Shown here piece after piece: positions 11,488-22,968 of a DNA stretch of 64,000 nucleotides. Each line of letters starts with the position of its first letter. Positions within the stretch are counted from its first letter, which is position 1. The notes under the pieces were generated by a model that was not told where the DNA came from, made no database searches, and was given only the letters and a program-made list of their open reading frames with translations. The DNA is from Pristiophorus japonicus. Its lineage: Eukaryota. The stretch spans positions 35,340,001-35,404,000 of the forward strand of contig NC_091982.1 of assembly GCF_044704955.1 (NCBI RefSeq). The letters run 5' to 3'. The translations under genes and the position numbers were made by a program.

Positions 11488-13345
11488 GAGTCCCCGGCAT
11501 TGCCGGTTTCTTTGGCCATTCTCGGGCTCCCCCGCACCCTCCCTGCCTCCCCGTAAATATCAGGGCCATTGGATCCAGCAGAATATTGAACACCTAGGTC
11601 GATTTCCAGCTTTCTATACTTATTTCAAGCATCTCAAAGTCTTCTGAAAACTCAAAACTATCCCTGCAGAAAGGGAAAGTTCGTGGCAGGGAAAGTGTTT
11701 GGTTCCATATTACATCAGCCATTCTCCACCCAACTGTTTGACTATCATTTCCTCTACATAATGCACACTTCCCCTTGTTATTCCTCTGCAAGATAATAGA
11801 CCACAGAAAGAAAGATTTTTAGAATCAATGACTGTTTTACCATGGAACAATCTTCAATTTCAGGAAAAATCTAGAGGATTAAAAGAAAGAAGTGTACTTT
11901 TTGATATGAAAGTCTAATGAATTGATCGGAGGATAAATGCCCGTCGGCTCTGACATTTCGCCATCAACTCTGGCACATTCTTCTTTCGGGTGGGGGGGAG
12001 GAATCAAATCTATTTTGATCTGCAGACATGTCTGATCAAGTAAATCCAAAGTTAAGTCTCATAAATAAATAGTACACAAGTTAAGTCCAAGCATGGTTTT
12101 GACACTATTAGTTCAAATTAACAAGTGCAGTTCATTTTGAGCTGAGCCAAACAGGCCAGGAAGTTTGCAGGTTGAATTTCTCCGCCCCACAGCAAAAGAC
12201 AATTGGCCAAGGTTTCTGTTCAGCATCAGTATCCAGCAAACCTTACTGAAAGTCTGTGAGAATAGTGTTTTTGACAGGAACAAGTCAAGTTGCAGTGCTG
12301 CCACAGTCGAATAACCTGCCTGGACAAACCAGGATAAGGCTATCACAAGAATACTGGCCACTTCCGTGAAGTACCAAAGGACACTAAGTGCCTGTGGAAT
12401 ATAGGAACAGGAGTAGGCCATTAAGCCCATCAGCCCTGCTCCGCCATTCAATGAGATCACGACTGATCTGTACCTCAACTCCATTTGCTCACCTGTGCTC
12501 CACATTTTTTTATACCCTTATCTAACAAAAAACTATCTCAGTCTTGAAAGTTTCAATTGTCCCAGCAACCGCTGCCTTTTGGGGGAAGAGAGTTCCAGAT
12601 TTCTATTACCCTGCTGTGGAAAATCTGCTTCCCGATTTTACTCCTGAATGGCCAACTCTAATTTTAAAATGAAGTCCCCTTGTCCTAACAAATTTTTTTA
12701 ACATTTTACACAGCTCAGTCAAATCACCCCTTAATCTCCTATACTTAAGGCAATGCAAGCCAAGTTTATGCAACCTATCACTTTAACCCTCTCATCCTTG
12801 GTATCATTCTGGTGAATCTGCACTGCACCCCTTCCAAGGCTAACATATCCTTCTTGAGTTGCGGTGCCCAAAGACTGAACGCCGAACTCTAGGTGGGGTC
12901 TGATCAAGGCTCTAAATAACTGAAGCATAACTTCCTCCCCTTTGTATTCCAGCCCCCTTGAACTAAAGGCCAGCATTCCATTAACCTTTTTGATTGCTTT
13001 TTGTACTTGACTACTGGCTTTGAATAATTTGAGTACTTGGGACTCCCAAATCTCTTTGCTCCTCTATGGTCCCTAGTTTCTTACCATTTAGAAAATATTC
13101 TGAGATATCTTTGGTTCAAAGTGGATGGCCTCACACTTGCCCACATTGAACTCCAGTTGCCATAGTTTTGCCCACTTATTTAATCTTTCTATGTTCCATT
13201 GCAACTTCCTGCTCCCATCTGTACTACTGTCCCACCTAACTTAGTGTCACCTGCAAATTTGGATATATATGATGAACGTTGATGCCCCAGAACAGATCCC
13301 TGACTAACACCATTTGTCAGATTCAGCCAATCAGAGTACCTACTC

Positions 13346-13840
13346 TGGTACTGACCTGGTACTGATGGTGGGACTGACCTATCAAGAAAGACTGGATCAA
13401 CTGGGCTTGTATTCACTGGAGTTCAGAAGAATGAGAGGGGACCTCATAGAAATGTTTAAAATTCTGATGGGTTTAGACAGGTTGGATGCAGGAAGAATGT
13501 TCCCAATGTTGGGGAAGTCCAGAACCAGGGGTCACAGTCTAAGGATAAGGGGTAAGCCATTTAGGACCGAGATGAGGAGAAACTTCTTCACCCAGAGAGT
13601 GGTGAACTTGTGGAATTCTCTACCACAGAAAGTTGTTGAGGCCAATTCACTAAATATATTCAAAAGGGAGTTAGATGAAGTCCTTACTAATCGGGGGATC
13701 AAGGGGTATGGCGAGAAAGCAGGAAGGGGGTACTGAATTTGCATGTTCAGCCATGAACTCATTGAATGGCGGTGCAGGCTAGAAGGGCCAAATGGCCTAC
13801 TCCTGTACTTATTTTCTATGTTTCTATGTTTCTATGTTTC
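13346..13840 (+). mobile_element. Young CR1/HER1 3' end
   Basis: Open ORF end GLTYQERLDQLGLYSLEFRRMRGDLIE…GIKGYGEKAG; (TTTCTATG)n tail. Confidence 0.92.
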
Positions 13841-14131
13841 TACCCATTATCCCCATTCTCTATCTCCTACCTCCCAATCAATTTCCAATCCAGCTCAAAA
13901 GGCTACCTCCAATACTCTTTGCTTTCATTTTTGCTAATAATCCCTGGTGTAGAATCTTATCAAATGCCTCTGGAAGTCCATCTATATAACATTCAGAGAC
14001 GCTCTCTTATTTACCTTATTAGTGACCATCTCAAAAATTCCAACTAAATTTGTCAAACATGAATTACCCTCAACAAAGGCATGTTGGCTCTCTCTGATCA
14101 ACTCATATTTGTTCAAGTGCTTAGTCACTGT

Positions 14132-15420
14132 GGGCCCAAGTTTGCCCAGGTGTTGCTCTGTTTTTTTTGGAGCAATTTGATTTTTTTGGAGTATCTTAAA
14201 AATCGCAATTCTGCCATTTAATTTGCTCCAGTGTAAGTGAGTTAGTTAGGTTATTTTTAAGTTTCGTTTTTTTTTTCAAAAGGGTATTACCAGCCACTTA
14301 CGCCTGTTTTGGCCATTTAAGCAAGTTTAGACAGCTAAAAGTTACTCCAAATTAACTTAGGCCAGCGTATGTGGCCACTTGTGGCCACACAGAAAAACCT
14401 TGCAGTGAGTTAAGAAATTAGCGCAGGTAGCCAGAGATGGGGGCGAGAAGGGAAGTGAGAGGACCTTGGCAAGCACAAACACCTTCACAACAACATTAAT
14501 TAAGCATAATACATTTAAAGCACCAAGCACTAAACAAAGCACAAAAATAAGCATTCGATAACAAATAAAAAATACAAGGAAGCTGAGAGGACCTGCACCT
14601 AGCACCAAGACTTACAAAGCACTAAACAAAGCAGAAAAAGTAATAAGCAGTTAGTTAACAAATAAAAAATAGAAGGAACCCTGCACCTAAAGCACCAAGA
14701 CCAAAGTAATAAGCAATCAATCAATCAGTAACAAATAAAAACAAAGTAAACTTGTCCAAACTACTCCTACACAATCCTTTTCAGTAGCTTCAATAACATT
14801 CTTTTGCTGGCTCCTACTTTATTCTAACCAATGGCATATAAATACTCAGCACAATGTATAGATCAAGTGCAGTGCACTTACTCCATCCATTGTGTGGCCT
14901 TGTGAACATTGCCAGCATGATTTGTCTCAATGCTTCCCATTTGTTTCAGACATTGGATACCTAACCTAACCCGTTTTTTCTAAATTCCCTTGTGGAAAAC
15001 ATCAGCATACTAACCAGCTGCAGGGTTTCACTGACAACTTGCTGGGGTTCTGGTTCTCTCAGACCTCCTTTTACTGGTGTGGCTGGATAAGGCAGCGGGT
15101 CGCCGATGAGGGAGCCCATTCGGCCACGGATGGGGCGGAGTGTTTTGGGCCCCTCCCACACAGCCTGCAGAGCACACGCAGAGATTGTGGGGGCGAGGAG
15201 CTACTGCACATGCGCGCACATTCTAGTGCACATGTGCAGAGGTCCCGGCACGGTTTTCAGCGCCGGGACCTGGCTCCGCCCCCCCCCCCATTGATGGTGT
15301 TGTGCCATGCCAAGGCCTTGACATTCCAAGGAGCAGGGAGAATACCGAGGTAAGTTTTCGGCGCCGTTTTTCATCTACAAAGTCGGCGCACCTTTTAACT
15401 GGAGGGACAAACTTGGGCCC
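14132..15420. mobile_element. Harbinger-type MITE (family B) with a foreign internal segment
   Basis: Perfect 13-bp TIR GGGCCCAAGTTTG/CAAACTTGGGCCC; 3-bp flanks TGT/TGC; removal restores the host CR1 reading (IRD-T-VTKHL); homologous to 43631-44417 and 50318-52485. Confidence 0.85.
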
Positions 15421-16160
15421 TGCATCTCTAATGACAGATTTTAGTAGCTTCACCACATCTGACAATAAACTGATCGGCCTGTAGTTACCTAATTTCTCTC
15501 TCCCATCCTTCTTATATAATGGAGTGACATTAGCAAATTTCCAATCCAACAGCACATTTCACAAATCAAGAGAGCTTTGAAAGATTATGACTAATGCTTC
15601 TACAACTCCCTCACCGACTTATTTTAATAGCCTGTGGTGGAAACCATCAGCTCCTGGAGACTGATTGTTTTTAAGTCCCATTGTTTGCTCCACTGCCATT
15701 TTGTTACTAACACTGAATCTAGTAAGTTCTTCCCCTTGATTTAGTTTGGTTTCCCTTCTACCATTGATATTATATCCTTTTCCTCTACTGTGAAAATGGA
15801 TACAAAGTACGTGTTTAATAAATCTGCCATTACCTTGTTGTCTACTACAGTATCACCTGCACCTGTCTTTAATGGGCCAACATCTCCCTTAGCCACTCTC
15901 TTACTTTTAATATACTTCTAAAAACTTTTATTATTAATCTTTATATTGCAAGCTTTTTTCATATTCCCTTCATACAGCTTTTAATATTTCCCTTGTTGCT
16001 TTCTATACTTCTCCCAGTCCGCTGGATCACCACTTTTCTTGGCATTGTATAAGCCACTTCCTTTAGCTTTACACTGCATCTTACCTCATATGTTGACTAT
16101 ACTTGCTTGACTGTACAAGTGGAACTTTTGCCCTTCAAGTGTGCATATTGGTCTTGTAGT

Positions 16161-16562
16161 ACAGTGTCAGCTGTGCCTCAGTGCATAGCACTCTTGCCTC
16201 TGAGTCAGAAGGTTGTGGGTTCAAGTCCCACCCTAGGGACTTGAGCATATAAATCTAGGCTGACACTCCAGTGTAGTGCAGTGCTGAAGGAGCCCCACAC
16301 TATCGGAGGTGCCGTCCTTCGGATGAGACATTGAATCGAAGCCCTGTCTGCTCTCACCGTATGGATGTAAAAGATCCCACAGTACTATTTCAAAGAAGAG
16401 CAGGGAAGTTATTCGCAGTGTCCCAGCCAATATTTATTGCTCAATCAACATAACAAAAACAGATTTAATGTCATTATCACATTGCTGCTTGTGGGAGTTT
16501 GCTGTGCGCAAATTGGCTGCCGCATTTCCTATATTACAACAGTGACTACACTCCAAATGTAC
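16161..16562 (+). mobile_element. DeuSINE (SacSINE1-like), near full length
   Basis: tRNA-like head with A box (TGCCTCAGTGC) and B box (GGTTCAAGTCC), then the Deu domain GGAGGTGCCGTCCTTCGGATGAGAC…GCTGTGCGCAAATTGGCTGCC. Confidence 0.88.
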
Positions 16563-17032
16563 GTACTTCCTTTCTTTCTTTCTATTGTACTAAATAGCTC
16601 CCACTGTTTTTCTGCAGGTTAACAGCTCGGCCCAGTTTAACATGTTCAGTTTATGTTTCATTCCTTCAAAGTCAGCCGTATTTAATTTTAAATCCTTGGT
16701 TGCTGTACGATCCTTTTCCTTTTCGAACATAATGTCGAACTCGAACATGTTATGGTTACTGTTTGCAAGATGCCCCCTTACTGTCAGATTATTAATTAAT
16801 TCTGGCTCGTTACTAATTACTAAATCTAGTGTGGTCTGATCCCTTGTCGGTTGTAAACATACTGGCCCCGATACGAACAGGGAACCAGGGAGGGTGCGCA
16901 GGAGGCCATAATCAAAGAACCCGGCGAGGACGAGAACGTGGAGGTCCTTCTGATCTTAACGGCAGGACCTCATTAGAATACTGTTGGGCCGCTTCCCGAC
17001 CAGCAGGTGGTAACATTTCAAGGAGGAAAAAC

Positions 17033-20000
17033 TGTGTCCTCACACACTACTATAAATTCACACTAGGCACATTCTGCAGACAAGGTCAATCAGTGACCCA
17101 AACCTTTATTCACAGGACCAAGAAGTGATGACCCTGCATGGGACCTCCCTTTATATACCTGGATGACAAGGTGAGTAGTATCTCCCACAAGTTCACCCCC
17201 TGTGGTCAAGGTGTGCATTTCTTAGGTGTATACAGTATGCAGTGTTGTTACATGAAGGTTACAGTTACATGAAGATTACATACATGCCATCACCTCCCCC
17301 CCAACGTCTTATGGGGTCAAAGATTAAGTCTTTCAGGCGGTCAACACTCTCGTGTGGAGCGCCGCAGTTGGGGCTCTGGTTGTTGAGCCTTGGCATGTGT
17401 CTCTATCACCTGTGGTGATTCCGGCTTGTCCGGGCTGGCCGCAGTGACTGTGCATGCTGCTGAAAGTTCTTGTTGCTCGTTCATTGACGGTGGTGTGGGC
17501 AACATCTCATGATCTTCCTCAGGTTCCTCAGTGTCCATGCTGAACCTTTTTTTTTAAACTTGGTCCAGATGCTTGCGGCATATCTGTCCATTGTTAAGTC
17601 TGACTACTATGACCCTATTCCCCTCTTTGCCAATTACAGTACCCTCAAGCAACTTAGGTCCCAAAGCGTGATTAAGAACAAATACAGAGTCATCGATTTC
17701 TATACATCTCCCCTTTGAGTTACTGTCATGGCACTCATTTTGGGACTGGCGCTTGCCCTCAACAATGTCTGACAGGACTGGATGAATGAGGGACAGCCGA
17801 GTTTCAAGTGTACGTTTCATGAGTAAGCGAATGAGGGCGGGACATATAGGCCAGCAGGAGGCGCGATAGGTGAGCAATGAAGGGAGGGTCCTTGAATCCG
17901 GAGCATACCTTGTTTTATGATTTGGACCGTACATTCCGCCTGGCCAATGGAAGCCGGCTTGAACGGTGCTGTCCTGACATGTTTGATGCCATTACCAGAC
18001 ATGAACTCCCGGAATTCATAGCTAATGAAACACGGGCCGTTGTCTCTAACCAGGATGTCCGGCAAGCCGTGGGTTGCAAAGACCGCATGCAGATTCTCCA
18101 CAATGGTGGATGTCATGCACGAATTCAATATGATGTACTCGATCCATTTCGAGTACGCATCAACAACGAGGAACATTTTTCCCATGAACGGGCCCGCGTA
18201 GTCTACGTGAATACGTGACTATGGCCTGGTGGGCCAGGGCCACGGGCTGAGTGGGGCCTCCCTGGGGGCATTGCCCAGCTGGGCACACGTCGTGCACCTG
18301 CGAACACAGTGTTCCAGGTCTGAGTCAATTCCCGGCCATCATACATGTGATCGGGCAATGGCCTTCATTAGCACGATGCCTGGGTGCTCACTGTGGATCT
18401 CCCTGATGAATGCTTCCCTTCCCTTCTGGGGTATGACCACCCGGCTGCCCCATAGTAGGCAGTCGGCTTGGATGGAGAGCTCATCCATCCGTCTGTGAAA
18501 CGGTCTGACCTCCTCGAGGCATGCTCCGTGTGCGGGCGCCCAATCCCCAGTCAGGACACATTTCTTAATCAAGGATAGGAGGGGATCTCTGTTTGTCCAA
18601 ATTTTGATCTGGCGGGCTGTGATGGGGGAGCCTGCGCTATCAAAGGCATCGACAGCCATGACCATCTCAGCGCTTTGCTCCGCTGCCCCCTCAGTGGTGG
18701 CCTGTGGAAGCCTGCTGAGCGCGTCAGCGCAATTTTCGGTGCCTGGCCGGTGCCGTATGGTGTAGTCATACGCAGCCAGCGTGAGAGCCCATCGCTGTAT
18801 GCGAGCTGACACATTGGCATTGACAGCTTTGCTGTCTGACAACAGGGATGTTAACGGCTTGTGGTCTGTTTCTAACTCGAACCTTCTGCCAAAAAGGTAC
18901 TGGTGCATCTTTTTTACCCTGTAGACACATGAGAGTGCTTCCTTTTCAACCATCCTATATCCCCTTTCTGCTTGGGAGAGCGACCTGGAGGCATAAGCCA
19001 CAGGTTGGAGTTGGCCCTCATTACTCTGCTGCAATACGCACCCAACCCCATAAGATGATGCATCACATGTCAAAAGCAATTTCTTACAGGGGTTGTACAG
19101 GGTCAACAGCTTATTAGAACAAAGCAGGTTCCATGCCCGATTGAAAGCCCGTTTGTGACAGTCCCCCCAAAACCAATCGCAACCCTTACGCAGGAGCACG
19201 TGTAGTGGCTCCAACAATATGCTTAAGTTTGGCAGAAAGTTCCCGAAATAATTCAAGAGTCCCAGAAATGTACGCAACTCCGATGTGTTGCCGGGCCTGG
19301 GCGCACGACAAATCGTCTCCATTTTGGATTTGTTAGGCCGGATCCCGTCTGCGGCAACCCTCCTGCCCAAAAACTCGACCTCTGGGGCAAAAACACATAC
19401 TTGGACTTCTTTAGTCGCAGGCCTACTCGGTCCAGTCGGCGTAGCACCTCCTCCAGGTTGTGGAGGTGTTCCTCGGTGTCTCGACCCGTGATAAGGATGT
19501 CGTCCTGAAATACGATTGTTCCAGGGATGGATTTGAGCAGGCTTTTCATGTTCCTTTGAAAGATAGCGGCTGCTGATCGAATGCCAAACGGACACCTGTT
19601 GTAGACAAACAGCCCCTTGTGTGTGGTGATGGTGGTCAGTAGCTTGGATTCTTCGGCCAGTTCCTGGGTCATGTCGGCTGAAGTGAGGTCCAACTTGGTG
19701 AACAGCTTGCCGCCTGCTAGCATGGCAAAAAGATCCTCCACTCTCGGAAGCGGGTATTGGTCTTGTAGTGACACTCGGTTGATAGTGGCCTTGTAGTCAC
19801 CACAGATCCTGACTGAGCCATCCGTTTTTAGGACAGGGACGATGGGGCTTGCCCAGTCGCTGAATTCAACGGGTGAAATTATGCCCTCTTTTAGCAACCT
19901 GTCCAACTCACTCTCAATTTTCTCCCGCATCACATACGGCACAGCTCTGGCTTTGTGGTGCACTGGTCTGGCGTCCGGGGTGATGCGTATCACTATTTTG

Positions 20001-21764
20001 GTACCTTTGAAAGTCCCGACACCAGGTTGAAATAGTGACTCAAATTTCTGTAGGACCTGTGAGCATGAACTTCACTCCACAGATGAAATGGCATGCACAC
20101 CCCCCCATTTCCAGTTCATCTCGGCTAGCCAGCTCCTCCCCAAAAGCGCGGGACCATTTCCCGGGACAATCCAGAGTGGCAGCCGGTTCTCTGATCCATT
20201 ATGTGTGACCACCAACATTGCACTGCATAGCACTGGGATGATCTCTTTGGTGTACGTCCGTAATTGCGTGTCAATGCGTTCTAGTTTGGGTCTGCTAGCT
20301 CTGAGTGCCATAGTTTCTCAAATTGTTGGACACGCATAAGTGACTGGCTGGCCCCTGTGTCCAGCTCCATGCGTACCAGGATGCCATTTAATAGGACTTT
20401 CATCATCATAGGTGGTGTTTTGGTATATGAGCTGTGGATGTCTGCCACATGAACCCGCTGAACTTCAGCGTCCATTGCTTTGTCCCAAGCATCAACCTGC
20501 CCTGCAGACCCCTCTTGTGGTTCATCTGCCTTTTAAATTAGCCTCGCTGCGGGCTTCCTGCACATTCTGGCTAAATGTCCACTGAAGTTACAATTTCTAC
20601 AGATAAATTGTTGAAACCTACAGGTTTTTGCAGCATGTCTGTCCCCGCATGAGCTGAGATTGTTGTGAACAAAAGAGCTGTTACCAGGCATTCCTCTCTG
20701 ATTGTCTCTTTGATTACTCTTGAGCACTCTGTTAGTGGGTGTCAATGGCCCCATCCCGGGACGTATTGTCCACTGTGATGGTGTAAATGTCCGTTCAACC
20801 TGCCATTGTCTCTGTTGAGGACCCACTCTAGAGTCTGTTGCTGCCTGGGTGGTGTCGAATTGCCCTTGCCTGCCTGTGGGGTTCTGAGTTGTGTTTACAA
20901 TGTTAACTCCCTGATCCGTTGGAAGCAGAGTTGCGTGCGTATATTATCTTGGTTTCCTCCTCCCCCGCCATGAAGGTCTGAGCTATCAACGCCGCCGCTT
21001 CCAAGGTCAAGTCCTTGATCTCAATTAGCTTTCTGAAAATCCCGGCATGCCCAATGTCCTCAATGAAGAAATCCCTTAACATCTCCCCCCTGCAGGCGTT
21101 TGTGAACTTACAGAAGCTGGCCAAGCGCCAAAGGTCCACAACGAAGTCCGGTATGCTCTGTCCTTCCCGACGTCGGTGTGTAAAGAATCGGTGTCGGGCC
21201 ATGTGTATACTGCTCGCCGGTTTGAGGTGCTCACCGATCAGTTTGCTGAGCTCTTCAAAGGTTTTGTCCGCCGGCTTCTCGGGTGCGAGTAGGTCTTTCA
21301 TCAGCGCGTACGTCTTAGGTCCACAGCTGGTCAGTAGATGCGCCCTTCGCTTGTCAGCCGCTGCTGCTCCCAGCCAGTCCTCCGTGACAAAACTCTGCTG
21401 GAGCCTCAACGAAATCGTCCCAGTCCTCACCAACACAGTACCGTTCCTCTGTGCTACCGGTGGCCATTCTCGTGAGTCGTTGATTCCCGTTTCTCGTCAG
21501 CAAATGTAGTGTCCTTACACACTACTATAAATTCAAACGAGGCACATTCTGCAGACAAGGTCACTCTGTGACCCGAACCTTTATTCACAGGACCAAGAAG
21601 TGATGATCCTGCGTGGGACCTCCCTTTATATACCTGGATGACCAGGTGAGGAGTGTCTCCCACAAGTTCACCCCCTGTGGTCAAGGTGTGCATTTCTTAG
21701 GTGTATACAGTATGCAGTGTTGTTACATGAAGGTTACAGTTACATGAAGATTGCATACATGACA
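17033..21764 (-). mobile_element. Full-length but decayed Ty3/Gypsy LTR retrotransposon
   Basis: LTRs of about 260 bp at 21505-21764 (5') and 17033-17289 (3'); TSD AAAAC at 17028-17032 and 21765-21769; degenerate PBS TTGCTGACGAG; PPT GGGGGGGAGGTGA; domain order gag-PR-RT-RH-IN. Confidence 0.95.
17340..21470 (-). pseudogene. Gypsy gag-pol, disrupted by frameshifts and stops
   Basis: Gag (20903-21436); zinc knuckle CRNCNFSGHLARMC; protease MELDTGAS; RT WASPIVPV…GDYKATIN…FQDDIL; RNase H TCDASSYGVG…ETDHKPL; integrase HSEHPG, VDAYSKW and DNGPCF. Confidence 0.92.
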
Positions 21765-22968
21765 AAAACGAATGGCAGGAGGCCGCAGCCGGGGCCCATG
21801 GGGACGGTCCCCAGGACTTGGAAAGGAGCATCATCTCCAGGTCACGATCGGGGCGGGGTTGGGGGAGGCCGGTGAGGCTGGAGATTAGTTCTGGGGGAGG
21901 GGCGTGCTGGAAAGAGAGACTCCAGGCAATGATTGGTTGGGACTGGGGGGCTGGGGGAGGCCAAAGGCTTCCTATGAACCTCGGGGGGAGCATTCCTGCC
22001 TCTCCAACCCATGAGCAGTGCTAAAACAGCAGATCTTTCGAACTTGCCTTCTGGAGTTGGCACCTCCCACCTCAGATCTGCTGCCAGGTAGCTCTGGCCT
22101 CCTCCTCATCTCCAGTTAAATTTAAGTCACGGCGCCAATGATGTCATCGGACTGTGGCTTTGGAATGTTAATTCGGTCCTGCTTCCCTTTTGCAGGAGCC
22201 TCGTCAAAGGCTTGACTGCTGTATGTTAAATTTAAAGGGGTGGGAATGGGTTGGGTTACTCGATCCTGATATTTTAACCACCAGCCCCTCCCGCCCGGGG
22301 ATGGTAAAAAAATCGAGTCCTTTGTTTCAGAAAACTGTCTTGGATACACTCTGGAAATTCTTTGTCTTTATGACTTGAGCTGTTTTGCATCTCCCAGTCT
22401 ATGCAAAAATTAAAATCTCCCCTTATAATTGCTCTGCCTTTGTTTCATGCTTCTCTGATGCATCCCATTACTACAATACTCCTGTCAAGAAGTCTTTGGA
22501 TAACGCCTAATAGAGTCTTGCATGCTTTGCTGTTGCTTAATTCGAATTCTGTAGAACTACATTCCAGCAAGGAGTCAACATCTTCAAGAGAGGAGGAGAG
22601 GGAAGAAAATGAGTCAGGAATCTAGGGATAGGGCCACTAAGAGATGAGTAAAATGAACTCACGAGATGATACTGAAATGGCAGGAATGCTGGATTGATAC
22701 TTTGGCTGGAATCTTTACCGTGGAGTTGGGTCAGGAGCGTGTGGGCTGCGTGATGGATGTTTTGGTCAGTGCGTTGTTCAGAGCGATTTTACTTGAAGCA
22801 GTCATGCGCGTTATCCGGCCCTCTTAAATGGAACAGATCTGAGGACGTCATCGATGACTCATTTCCAGCACCAATATTTAAAGCAGCCTTGCACACAACT
22901 CATTTGAAGGTTGCTAAAGGAGTGTGGAAGGTCGAATACAAATATCTCAGTACTGTTCCAAATGTTAA

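Larger units (their letters stand above)
9960..11567. mobile_element. Non-autonomous PIF/Harbinger-type MITE (family A) carrying a CR1 insertion and an MHC class II alpha cDNA fragment
   Basis: Imperfect TIRs GGACTCGATATTAAC (9960) and GTAAATATCAGGGCC (ends 11567); 3-bp TSD ATT at 9957-9959 and 11568-11570; both ends are homologous to the element at 16864-22320. Confidence 0.75.
16864..22320. mobile_element. MITE family A, second copy (opposite orientation, no MHC cargo), hosting the Gypsy element
   Basis: Ends GGCCCCGAT… and …ATCGAGTCC; shares CAGGGAGGGTGCG…CAAAGAA.CCGGC and GATCTTAACGGCAG with the reverse complement of 9960-11567; interrupts the old CR1. Confidence 0.7.
12396..22560 (-). 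mobile_element. Old CR1 LINE ORF2 + tail, split by four later insertions (pieces 12396-13345, 13840-14131, 15421-16160, 16563-16863, 22321-22560)
   Basis: Pieces are collinear on minus: endonuclease remnants (GDFN, DSFLKQ, SNHNM), then WKFANVTPLYKK…NYRPISL, then GVSQGSVLG…KFAGDTK, then LIRPHLEF, then tail. Confidence 0.8.

Noticed and set aside
11071-11556. Functional MHC class II alpha gene
   Set aside because: No start codon, frameshifted leader, truncated Ig domain, no TM domain; the C-terminus is MITE sequence
14500-14741. CRISPR-like or functional repeat array
   Set aside because: Degenerate A-rich internal duplications of MITE B in a vertebrate context, with no spacers or cas genes
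16168-16232. tRNA gene
   Set aside because: It is the tRNA-derived head of a DeuSINE, continuous with the Deu domain
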